Assembly: GCA_963701285.1 (NCBI GenBank)
Contig: OY969584.1
Span: forward strand, 627,250 to 691,249
DNA from: an uncultured Chloroflexia bacterium
Lineage (GTDB): Bacteria > Chloroflexota > Dehalococcoidia > SM23-28-2
Direction: 5' to 3'
Length of the DNA: 64,000 nucleotides
The translations under genes were made by a program, and so were the position numbers. Under the pieces are notes generated by a model that saw only the letters and a list, made by a program, of their open reading frames with translations, searched no databases and was not told the DNA's origin. Position 1 is the first letter of the stretch; the number at the start of each line of letters is the position of its first letter. Shown one piece after another: positions 40,809 to 48,907 of the stretch.

Positions 40809-41954
40809 GTGGCTGTGGTCGGCGTCGGCTGCACCAAGTTCGGTGAGATCTGGGAGAAGGACCAGGAGGACCTGCTGGTCGAGGCCGTCTACGAGGCCCT
40901 GGACGACGCCGGCCTCACCCCCGACGATGTCGACGCCGGCTGGGTCGGCGTCATGTACAACTTTACCGGTTTCTCGGGCGCCACCATGACCGAGCCCCTG
41001 AAGCTCTTTGGCAAGCCGGTCACGCGGGTGGAGAACTTCTGCGCCTCGGGGATGGACGCCTTCCGCAACGCCTGCTTCGCCGTGGCCGCCGGCGTCTACG
41101 ACGTCGTCGTGGCCTGTGGCGTGGAGAAGTTGCTGGACCAGGGCGCCAGCGGCATTCCCATAGACCCCATTCATCCGGTGCTGGGCCACGCCAGCGCGCC
41201 GGCCATGTTCGCCCTGGCCGCCAGCCGCGCCTTCCACGAGTGGGGCTGGACCAAGGAGGACCTGGCCGCGGTCGCGGTGAAGAACCACAAGAACGGCGCC
41301 GCTCACCCCAAGGCCCACTTCCGCCGGCCCATCACCGTGGCCGACGCGGTCAACGCGCCCATGATCTCCTGGCCGCTGGGGCGCTTCGACTGCTGCGCCG
41401 TCTCCGACGGTTCCGCTGCCGTCGTTATCACCCGGCCGGAGATCGCCAAGGACACCAAGCACAGGGACGACTACGTTCTGGTCAAGGCCAACGCCCTGGC
41501 CATCGAGACCTTGCAGCCCATGTACAAGGTGTCCTACAACTGGCTCGGCTTCCCGGCCACCCGCGACGCCGCCCGCGCGGCCTACGACGAGGCAGGGATC
41601 AAGGATCCGCTCAAGGAGATCGACCTGGCCGAGGTGCACGACTGTTTCACCAGCACCGAGCTGTTCAACATCGGCGACCTGGGCCTCGTTGCCGACGGCA
41701 AGGATGCCCCGGCCTTCGTGCGGGACGGCCACGCCGACGTGGAAGGCGAGCTGCCCGTCAACCCCAGCGGCGGCCTCAAGTGCTTCGGCCACCCCATCGG
41801 CGCCACCGGCTGCCGCATGATCTACGAGGTGACCAAGCAGCTCCAGGGCCGCGCCGATGGCATGCAGGTGAAGGACGCCAAGCTGGGCATGGCCCACAAC
41901 CTGGGCGGGCCCGGCTCCGTGTGCTCCGTGACCATCCTCGGGCGGCACGACTAG
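40809..41954 (+). CDS. thiolase (SCP-x/archaeal acetoacetyl-CoA thiolase type)
   Basis: Contains VAVVGVGCTKFGE...VENFCASGMDAF...NPSGGLKCFGHPIGATGCRM. The start may be ATG 40787 if there is a 1-nt indel (see finding). Confidence 0.85.
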   Translation: MAVVGVGCTKFGEIWEKDQEDLLVEAVYEALDDAGLTPDDVDAGWVGVMYNFTGFSGATMTEPLKLFGKPVTRVENFCASGMDAFRNACFAVAAGVYDVVVACGVEKLLDQGASGIPIDPIHPVLGHASAPAMFALAASRAFHEWGWTKEDLAAVAVKNHKNGAAHPKAHFRRPITVADAVNAPMISWPLGRFDCCAVSDGSAAVVITRPEIAKDTKHRDDYVLVKANALAIETLQPMYKVSYNWLGFPATRDAARAAYDEAGIKDPLKEIDLAEVHDCFTSTELFNIGDLGLVADGKDAPAFVRDGHADVEGELPVNPSGGLKCFGHPIGATGCRMIYEVTKQLQGRADGMQVKDAKLGMAHNLGGPGSVCSVTILGRHD

Positions 41955-42037
41955 CCCCGTCGCGAGCCACACATCGCAGGCAAGAGGGCTCCTCGACGGC
42001 GTCGGGGAGCCCTCGGCACGCTGATAGGAGACGGAAC

Positions 42038-43057
42038 ATGAAGGTGGAAGCGGCTTTGCCCCTGGGCCTGACCGGCGTCGGCGAGGCGGCGCGGGAAGCG
42101 GAGGAGCTAGGCTACGACGGCGTGCTCTCCTTTGAGACCGGCCACGATCCCTTCCTGCCCCTGGCCTTGGCCGCCACTGTCACCCAGCGCGTCGACCTGG
42201 GCACGGCGGTGGCCATCGCCTTTCCCCGCAGCCCACTTACCGTCGCCCAGATCGCCTGGGACCTCCAGGCCTTTTCGCGTGGCCGGCTGCTGCTGGGCCT
42301 GGGCACCCAGGTGAAAGGCCACAACGAGCGTCGCTACAGCACCTCCTGGGGCTCGCCGCCCGGCCCTCGCCTGCGCGAGTACATCCTGGTTCTGCGCGCC
42401 ATCTGGGACTCCTGGCAGAACAAGTCCCGTCCCAGCTTCCAGGGCAAGCACTACACCTACACCCTCATGACCCCCTTCTTCGACCCGGGCCCCATCCAGC
42501 ATCCGCACATCCCCGTGTACATCTCGGCGGTCAACCCCTACATGTGCCGCCTGGCCGGCGAGCTCTGTGACGGCGTTCGCCTGCACGGCTTCTGCACCCC
42601 CAAATACCTGAAGGAGGTCGTCATCCCCAGTATCGAGGCAGGGGCCAAGAAGGCCGGCCGCTCCCTGAAGGACATCGACCTCACCGGCGGCGGCTTCGTC
42701 ATCACCGGCGAGACGGAGGCCGACGTCGAGCGGCAGAAGCCGGCCGCGCGCCACCAGATCGCCTTCTACGCCTCGACCCGCACCTACAAGGCGGTGCTCG
42801 ACCTCCACGGCTGGGGCGAGACCTGCGACCGCCTCCACCGATTGGCCGACGAGGGCCGCTGGCCGGAGATGGCCCGCGAGATCACGGACGAGATGTTCGA
42901 CCAGTTCGCCGTCTCCGGCACCTACGATCAGATCGCCGCCCGCATCAAAGAGCGCTGGGGCGGCATCATCAACCGGACGGGCTTCTTCATGCCCATCCGA
43001 CAAGCCGGCGACAAGGAACGCCTGCAGGAGATCATCCGCCAGATCCAGGCGATCTGA
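42038..43057 (+). CDS. LLM-class (luciferase-like) F420-dependent oxidoreductase
   Basis: MKVEAALPLGLTGVGEAAREAEELGYDGVLSFETGHDPF...RGRLLLGLGTQVKGHNERRY. Resembles the TIGR03617 type. Confidence 0.75.
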   Translation: MKVEAALPLGLTGVGEAAREAEELGYDGVLSFETGHDPFLPLALAATVTQRVDLGTAVAIAFPRSPLTVAQIAWDLQAFSRGRLLLGLGTQVKGHNERRYSTSWGSPPGPRLREYILVLRAIWDSWQNKSRPSFQGKHYTYTLMTPFFDPGPIQHPHIPVYISAVNPYMCRLAGELCDGVRLHGFCTPKYLKEVVIPSIEAGAKKAGRSLKDIDLTGGGFVITGETEADVERQKPAARHQIAFYASTRTYKAVLDLHGWGETCDRLHRLADEGRWPEMAREITDEMFDQFAVSGTYDQIAARIKERWGGIINRTGFFMPIRQAGDKERLQEIIRQIQAI

Positions 43058-43084
43058 GCGGATTCTCGCTCGGCGGTAGTTGTG

Positions 43085-43106
43085 GTGGAGGCCTTCAGGC
43101 CTCCAC
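43085..43106 (+). terminator. GC-rich hairpin GTGGAGGCC-TTCA-GGCCTCCAC between convergent genes
   Basis: 9-bp perfect stem, 28 nt after the oxidoreductase stop. Confidence 0.5.
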
Positions 43107-43137
43107 GGAGGCGACGGATCGGCTGACTTGGCTGAAG

Positions 43138-43157
43138 CTGCGGGTTTCAACCCGCAG
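43138..43157 (-). terminator. GC-rich hairpin CTGCGGGT-TTCA-ACCCGCAG next to modC stop
   Basis: 8-bp perfect stem, 6 nt beyond the modC stop codon. Confidence 0.5.
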
Positions 43158-43162
43158 AGTTG

Positions 43163-44260
43163 CTAACCATCCTCCGCCGGCATCACGTGGATCAGCTCCG
43201 GGTTCAGAGAAACGTCAACATCCTTGTCGGTGTCCAGGTTGAGGCGATAGTAGATGTGGATCGGCACCTCGATCTGGAGGTCGTGCGCCGCCGTCGATTC
43301 GTCTAGCCTCACGTAGAGCAGATAGCTCTCCGCCCCCAGGTCCTCGCGCACCACCCGCCCGCTGAACACGTTGAACCGCTCGCCCGGGTTGGCCGGCCGG
43401 CCCGGCCGGACGATCATCACCTGGCTGGCGCGGATGCAGAAGTCCACCGCCTGGCCCGGCGCCGCCGAACAGGCCGGCCCCTTCACCAGGCGGCCCTGCC
43501 AATCGATGCGCAGGCCGCCGGGCCCGTTCTCCATCACCCGCCCTGCCAGGATGTTCCGCCCCTGCACCAGCTCGGCCACGCGGCGGCCGGCCGGCCGGTA
43601 GTAGACCTCCTCCCGCTCGCCCTGCTGGAGGACGCGACCGCCATCGAGCACGGCGATTCGGTCGCCCAGGGCGAAGGCCTCCACCAGGTCATGCGTCACC
43701 AGCACGATGGTGACGGCCATGCTGCGTCGGATGTCCAGCAGCTCCTGCCGCAGCGTGCTCCGGATGGCCTCATCCAGGGCGGCGAAGGGTTCGTCCAGCA
43801 GGAGGAGGTGGGGCCGGAAGACCAACGCTCGCGCCAGGGCCACCCGCTGCTGCTGGCCGCCGGAGAGTTCCCGCGGGCGGCGGGCCTCCAGTCCGTCCAG
43901 ACCCATCAAACCGACCATCTCCTCCACCCGCCGCGCCCGCTGGCGGCGGTCCAGGCCGCTCAGGCCGTAGGCGATGTTCTGGGCCACCGTCAGGTGGGGG
44001 AAGAGGGCGTACCCCTGGGGCACGTAGCCGATGCGCCGGTTCTGGGGCGGCAGGCTGAGGCCGGCGGCGCTATCGAACGCGGTGAGGCCGTTCACCCGCA
44101 CCAGGCCCCGGTCCGGCCGCAGGATGCCGGCGATGGCCTGGAGCGTCAGGCTCTTGCCCGCGCCCGACGGCCCGAACAGCACGGCGATCTCGTCGCCGGT
44201 GCTGAAGGCCGGCGCCAGGTGGAAGGCGCCCAACCGCTTGCGGATGTCTACCTCAAGCAT
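43163..44260 (-). CDS. modC: molybdate ABC transporter ATP-binding protein
   Basis: Walker A GPSGAGKS, LSGGQQQRVALARAL, and a C-terminal TOBE-like domain. Confidence 0.88.
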   Translation of the reverse strand: MLEVDIRKRLGAFHLAPAFSTGDEIAVLFGPSGAGKSLTLQAIAGILRPDRGLVRVNGLTAFDSAAGLSLPPQNRRIGYVPQGYALFPHLTVAQNIAYGLSGLDRRQRARRVEEMVGLMGLDGLEARRPRELSGGQQQRVALARALVFRPHLLLLDEPFAALDEAIRSTLRQELLDIRRSMAVTIVLVTHDLVEAFALGDRIAVLDGGRVLQQGEREEVYYRPAGRRVAELVQGRNILAGRVMENGPGGLRIDWQGRLVKGPACSAAPGQAVDFCIRASQVMIVRPGRPANPGERFNVFSGRVVREDLGAESYLLYVRLDESTAAHDLQIEVPIHIYYRLNLDTDKDVDVSLNPELIHVMPAEDG

Positions 44261-44264
44261 CGCC

Positions 44265-44933
44265 CTACCAGTGCGGGACGCGCAGCAGCCGGCCGATGAC
44301 CAGCAGGCTGAGCACCGAGGTAACGGTCAGGACGGCCACCAGGGCGTTGGCCAGAGCAGTGTCGCCAGACTGCCACGCATCGTAGATGGCGATGGGCATC
44401 GTGCGCGTCCTGCCCGGGATGTCGCCGGCAAACATGAGGGTGGCGCCGAACTCGCCGATGGCCCGCGCGAACGCCAGGGCGGTGCCGGCCACAACCCCCG
44501 GCCAGGCCAGGGGTAGGGTCACGGTGAAGAACACCGCTAGGTTAGTGCGGCCCAGGGTGCGGGCCGTGTTCTCCAGGGAGGGGTCCACCGCCTCGAACGC
44601 CGCCTGGGCCGAGCGCACCATCAGGGGCAGGGCCACGATCGTGGAGGCGATCACCGCCCCCTCCCAGGCGAAGGCGAGATGCAGGCCGAAGGCGTCTTCC
44701 AGGAAGTCGCCCGCCAGGCTCCGCCGTCCCAGCGCCTGGAGGAGGTAATAGCCCAGGACGGTCGGCGGCAGGACTAAGGGGAGGGTGACCAGCGCCGAAA
44801 GGACGCCTCGCCCCCAGAACCGCCGCCGCGCCAGGAGCCAGGCCAGGGCCACCCCCACCACCAGGCAGATGGCCGTCGCCAGAGCTGCCACCTGCAACGA
44901 CAATCGCAGCGGGGTCAGGTCGACGTCGAACAC
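44265..44933 (-). CDS. modB: molybdate ABC transporter permease
   Basis: 222 aa. Contains ARTLGRTNLAVFFTVTLPLAWPGV...FGATLMFAGDIPGRT. Confidence 0.88.
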   Translation of the reverse strand: MFDVDLTPLRLSLQVAALATAICLVVGVALAWLLARRRFWGRGVLSALVTLPLVLPPTVLGYYLLQALGRRSLAGDFLEDAFGLHLAFAWEGAVIASTIVALPLMVRSAQAAFEAVDPSLENTARTLGRTNLAVFFTVTLPLAWPGVVAGTALAFARAIGEFGATLMFAGDIPGRTRTMPIAIYDAWQSGDTALANALVAVLTVTSVLSLLVIGRLLRVPHW

Positions 44934-44936
44934 TGG

Positions 44937-45740
44937 CTACCCCTCCTCCGGCACGCTGTAGCCGTACTTTTGCAGCACCGTCCGTCCCTCCGGGCTGCGG
45001 ACCAGGGCCACGAAGCGCCGGGCCAGCTCTTCGTTCTTCGTGCCCTTCACCACCGCCAGCACCTGCCGGATGGGCTGATGCAGGCTGTCGTCCACTATCA
45101 CGTAGGTCACCGCGGGTTCGTCGATGACCAGGGCCAGCGCCACCAGCCCCGCCTCGGCGTTGCCCGAGCGAATGTACTCTGTGGTCGCGTTCACATTCTG
45201 TCCGTAGACCAGCTTGGGCTGGAGCGCATCCCAGAGGCCGGCGCTCTTCAGCGCCTCCTCCGCGGCGCGGCCATAGGGGGCGACCTCTGGGTCAGCGATG
45301 GCCACGTTCTCCACCTCGGGCCGCAGCAGGTCTCTGAGCTCACTGACCGTCACCCCTGCTTTGGTGGAGCTGGCCAGGGCCAGCCGGCCGATGGCGTAGA
45401 CCTGTTCCGTGTCCTCGATGACCAGGTCCTTCTCCCGCAGGCGGTCCACCTGCTCGACGTCCGCCGCTACAAACAGGTCGGCCGGGAGGCCCGCGTCGAT
45501 CTGCTGGGCCAGGGCCGTCGTGGAGCCGTAGGAAAACGTGACCTTGGCCCCGGTCTCCTCCTCGAACAACGGGCCCATCTCGTCGAAGGCCTGCCGCACG
45601 TTGCTGGCCGCGGCCACCAGCAGCTCGCCGGAGGCCGAACCGGGGCCGCCTGCCGAGCCGCAAGCGGGCGCCGCAAGGATGCTCGCCAGGGCGCAGAAGG
45701 CAAGCCATCCCTTCGCCCCGCTCAGGGTGGGCCCCTTCAT
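44937..45740 (-). CDS. modA: molybdate ABC transporter substrate-binding lipoprotein
   Basis: Lipobox AAPAC. Contains LLVAAASNVRQAFDEM...VTFSYGSTTALAQQIDAGLPADLFVAAD. ATGA overlap with the padR stop. Confidence 0.85.
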   Translation of the reverse strand: MKGPTLSGAKGWLAFCALASILAAPACGSAGGPGSASGELLVAAASNVRQAFDEMGPLFEEETGAKVTFSYGSTTALAQQIDAGLPADLFVAADVEQVDRLREKDLVIEDTEQVYAIGRLALASSTKAGVTVSELRDLLRPEVENVAIADPEVAPYGRAAEEALKSAGLWDALQPKLVYGQNVNATTEYIRSGNAEAGLVALALVIDEPAVTYVIVDDSLHQPIRQVLAVVKGTKNEELARRFVALVRSPEGRTVLQKYGYSVPEEG

Positions 45741-46315
45741 TGCTGCCTCCCCGGCGCCGGTCGGGCGGCAGCCGCCTGCTCATCCAGCCGGCGGCGGTAG
45801 TCCAGCAGCCAGTCGAGGGTGCCCTGCGCTGCTGCCAGCTTGGCCTGGGCCACCAGCCGGTCGAAGGACTGCGGCGCGGCGTCGGCCAGGGCCTGCCACT
45901 CGCCCAGGTAGCGGCGGACGAACTCCACCTGTCCTTCCAGCAAGCGTAGAACGGACTCGGGCTCCGCGTCGCGGAGGAAGTAGGCCTTCAGCAGGAAGTC
46001 CAGCCGCACCTCCCGCAGGCGGGTGACGGGCTGCCAGATCCACGCCTCGAAGGCGCGGCGGCCAGCAGCCGTGGCCTTGAGCACCGTCTTCGGGGGGTAC
46101 GCGTCGTCGCGGCGCTGCTCCACCTCGATGAGGCCGCGGCGCTCCAGGTTCCCCAGGAGGAAGTAGACGTTGCTGCGCTGGAGGGGGCAGATCAGGCCCA
46201 GGCCGCTGTCCGAGGCCATCTCGTGGGCGATCTGGTAGCCGTGAGCGGGCCGCTGGTAGACCAGCCCCAGGATGGCATGCTCCGCCGGCGTCAGACCAGA
46301 TTTCCTGCGCGGCAT
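45737..46315 (-). CDS. PadR-family transcriptional regulator
   Basis: Contains LTPAEHAILGLVYQRPAHGYQIAHEM...SNVYFLLGNLERRGLIE. Confidence 0.85.
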   Translation of the reverse strand: MPRRKSGLTPAEHAILGLVYQRPAHGYQIAHEMASDSGLGLICPLQRSNVYFLLGNLERRGLIEVEQRRDDAYPPKTVLKATAAGRRAFEAWIWQPVTRLREVRLDFLLKAYFLRDAEPESVLRLLEGQVEFVRRYLGEWQALADAAPQSFDRLVAQAKLAAAQGTLDWLLDYRRRLDEQAAAARPAPGRQQ

Positions 46316-46330
46316 GGGACAGACCCTGAC

Positions 46331-46347
46331 TATTCAGCGAATGAATA
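46331..46347. promoter_or_regulatory. inverted repeat TATTCA-gcgaa-TGAATA, candidate PadR operator
   Basis: Perfect 6-bp arms, 16 nt upstream of the padR ATG. Confidence 0.4.
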
Positions 46348-46471
46348 CCACCCCGACGCTCCCCTGTCAAGACGGGGGCCAGGGGCAGACGAGCCGTCCG
46401 CCAGCGTGTACAATGGCGTTGGCGATCCTTTCGCAGCGTGGAGCAGATAAGAGCCTGCAAGGAGGCCCGAG

Positions 46472-47389
46472 ATGATCCTCGTGGCAGGTGGCACCGGGTT
46501 CGTGGGCGGCGGCATCGTGCTGGAGCTGTGCCGCCGCCGGCAGCGGGTGGCCGTCCTCACCCGGAGTGCGGACAAGGCAGCGAACCGCTTTCCAGGCCTG
46601 GACGTGGAGTATCGCCAGGGGGATGTGCTCGACGCCGTGAGCCTGGCGCCGGCTCTCGAGGGCGCGGAGGCGGTCGTTGGCACCGTCCAGTTCCCCAACT
46701 CACCCATCGAGAACCGCGGCCGCGGCTACACCTTCGAGGAGACGGACGCCGCCGGGACCGAGCGCCTGGTGGCGGCGGCCAAGGCCGCGGGCGTGCGGCG
46801 CTACGTATACCTCAGCGGCGCTGGCGCCGCCCCCGACTCGCCGTACCACTGGGATCGGGCGAAGTGGCGCGCTGAGGAGGCGGTACGGGGCAGCGGCATC
46901 CCCTACGTCATCCTGCGCCCCTCCTGGATCTACGGCCCCGAGGACCGCTCCCTCAACCGCTTCCTGGCGATGTCGCGCCTTCTCCCTTTCGTGCCCATCA
47001 TCGGCGACGGCGACCGCCAGCGCCTTCAGCCAGCGTTCATCGATGACGTCGGCCGGGCGGTGGCGGCGGCGCTCGAAAACGAGGCGGCGAGCAAGCGGTC
47101 CTTCGAGCTGGGCGGCCCGGAGGTCCTCACGATGAACGAGATCGTGCGCACGGCCCTCGAGGTGATGGGCCGCCGGCGCTGGCTCCTTTCCCTGTCCAAG
47201 GGGCTGATGAAGGCCCTGGCCGCCGTCCTGCGTTTCCTGCCCGGCCCACCGCTGACGCCCGACGCCATCGACTTCATCACGATGGACGCCCTGGCCGACA
47301 GCTCGGCCCTGGTGGAGACGCTGGGGCTCGAGCTGACGCCGCTGCGTCAGGGGCTGGCCACCTACCTGGCGCCGGCCACTTCCGCCTAG
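46472..47389 (+). CDS. NAD(P)H-binding SDR/epimerase family protein (complex I NDUFA9-like)
   Basis: Contains MILVAGGTGFVGGGIV...YLSGAGA...ILRPSWIYGPED. Confidence 0.8.
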   Translation: MILVAGGTGFVGGGIVLELCRRRQRVAVLTRSADKAANRFPGLDVEYRQGDVLDAVSLAPALEGAEAVVGTVQFPNSPIENRGRGYTFEETDAAGTERLVAAAKAAGVRRYVYLSGAGAAPDSPYHWDRAKWRAEEAVRGSGIPYVILRPSWIYGPEDRSLNRFLAMSRLLPFVPIIGDGDRQRLQPAFIDDVGRAVAAALENEAASKRSFELGGPEVLTMNEIVRTALEVMGRRRWLLSLSKGLMKALAAVLRFLPGPPLTPDAIDFITMDALADSSALVETLGLELTPLRQGLATYLAPATSA

Positions 47390-47390
47390 C
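47360..47390 (+). repeat. 31-nt direct repeat, copy A (3' end of the preceding CDS including its stop)
   Basis: ACCTACCTGGCGCCGGCCACTTCCGCCTAGC matches 47511..47541 at 29 of 31 positions. Confidence 0.85.
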
Positions 47391-47510
47391 AACCGGTGCT
47401 GACCGCCGGGTCTGTGCTCGCGAGTTCATCCACAGGCCCCGACAGCCCAGTGGGACGGGGAGGCGGATCGGATGCCCCCCGCCTTCAGGCGGGGGTCGAG
47501 AATCAAACCG

Positions 47511-47541
47511 ACCTACCTGGCGCCGGCCACTGCCACCTAGC
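47511..47541 (+). repeat. 31-nt direct repeat, copy B
   Basis: ACCTACCTGGCGCCGGCCACTGCCACCTAGC, 151 bp downstream of copy A. It would encode TYLAPATAT-stop. Confidence 0.85.
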
Positions 47542-47658
47542 GCAGGGGCTTGTGTCTGCCTAACGAGGTGGGTAATATGTCCTGGGCGGTGAGCCCTGCC
47601 TGAGGCCGGTCCACCGCCCTTTCGAATCATTTCCCAGTAGTTTCGCAAGGAGGCGAAC

Positions 47659-48576
47659 ATGGCTGACGTTCGATTCGACGGAAGGGTCGCCATCGTCACC
47701 GGGGCAGGCGGCGGGTTGGGCCGCAGCCATGCCCTGTTGCTGGCGTCGCGCGGCGCCAAGGTAGTGGTCAACGACCTGGGCGGCGCCGTGGACGGCACCG
47801 GGACGCCGAGCAGCGAGATGGCGAACAAGGTGGTGGCCGAGATCAAGGCCGCCGGCGGTGAGGCCGTCGCCGACGCCCATGGCGTGGACACCCCGGCGGG
47901 CGGCCAGGCCATCGTCAAGACCGCACTCGATGCCTTCGGGAAAGTCGACATTCTCATCAACAACGCCGGCATCCTCCGCGACAAGACCTTCATGAAGATG
48001 GAGGACGAGGACTGGAACAAGGTCATGGCCGTGCACCTTAACGGCGCCTACAACGTCACCAAGGCCGCCTTCCCCGTTATGCGGGAGAACAACTACGGCC
48101 GCATCATCATGACCACGTCCAACACTGGGCTGTACGGCAACTTCGGCCAGGCCAACTACGGCGCGGCCAAGCTGGGCCTGGTGGGCTTCATGAACACCCT
48201 CAAGCTGGAAGGCGCCCGCTACAACATCCTCGTCAACACCATCGCGCCCATCGCCGGCACGCGCATGACGGCGACGGTCATGCCGCCCGACATGGTCGAG
48301 AAGCTCAAGCCGGAATACGTCTCGCCAATGGTGGTCTACGCCTGCTCCGAGGAATGCACCGATAGCGGCGTGATCTTCACAGCCGGCGCTGGCTATTTCT
48401 CGCGCGCTGTCATGGTGGAGGGACCGGGCATCGCCCTGCCGGCCGCCAAGGGCATCACTCTCGAGCAGATCCGCGACCGCCTCGCGGACATCAAGAAGCT
48501 GGAGGGCGCCCAGCCCTTCAACCAGTCCAACGAAGAGGTCGCCCGCATCATCTCCGCTCTCTCAGCGGCGGGCTAA
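47659..48576 (+). CDS. SDR-family oxidoreductase (3-hydroxyacyl-CoA dehydrogenase / MFE-2-like)
   Basis: Contains RVAIVTGAGGGLGRSHALLLASRGAKVVVNDLG...NNAGILRD...YGAAKLG. Confidence 0.85.
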   Translation: MADVRFDGRVAIVTGAGGGLGRSHALLLASRGAKVVVNDLGGAVDGTGTPSSEMANKVVAEIKAAGGEAVADAHGVDTPAGGQAIVKTALDAFGKVDILINNAGILRDKTFMKMEDEDWNKVMAVHLNGAYNVTKAAFPVMRENNYGRIIMTTSNTGLYGNFGQANYGAAKLGLVGFMNTLKLEGARYNILVNTIAPIAGTRMTATVMPPDMVEKLKPEYVSPMVVYACSEECTDSGVIFTAGAGYFSRAVMVEGPGIALPAAKGITLEQIRDRLADIKKLEGAQPFNQSNEEVARIISALSAAG

Positions 48577-48599
48577 GACCCCGGAGGTCGAATGCAGAA

Positions 48600-48628
48600 G
48601 GGCGGGGCGTCTCTTGGACGCCCCGCCC
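48600..48628 (+). terminator. 12-bp perfect GC hairpin after the SDR gene
   Basis: GGGCGGGGCGTC-tcttg-GACGCCCCGCCC, 24 nt after the stop. No clear U-tract. Confidence 0.6.
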
Positions 48629-48907
48629 GCTCTGTCCTACCGCTCCCGGATTGGCCGACGCCGCCACCCAGGAAACCGTGGGCAGCATCTCTCGCGTGAA
48701 CCTGCGTGAACCGCGCCTCGGTTCTTGCATCCGGCGTCAATTGCGCCAGGCGGACGGCGGCTATAGAATCCTAGGAGCGCTACGCTGTAGACGCCAGTCT
48801 AGCCTGACCTTGCGGGACCTCCCCGCTGACATTCTGAGCGTGACGAAGAATCTGGCCTGCCCGTAGCGCGAGGATGGTTTGACCTTGCGGAAGCGAGGTG
48901 ACGAGTC

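Noticed and set aside
41240-43057. 605-aa ORF suggesting a thiolase-LLM oxidoreductase fusion.
   Set aside because: Its first 266 codons are an out-of-frame overlap of the thiolase gene. The LLM protein starts at ATG 42038, where the recognisable LLM-family sequence begins (MKVEAALPLGLTGVGEAAREAEELGYDGV..).
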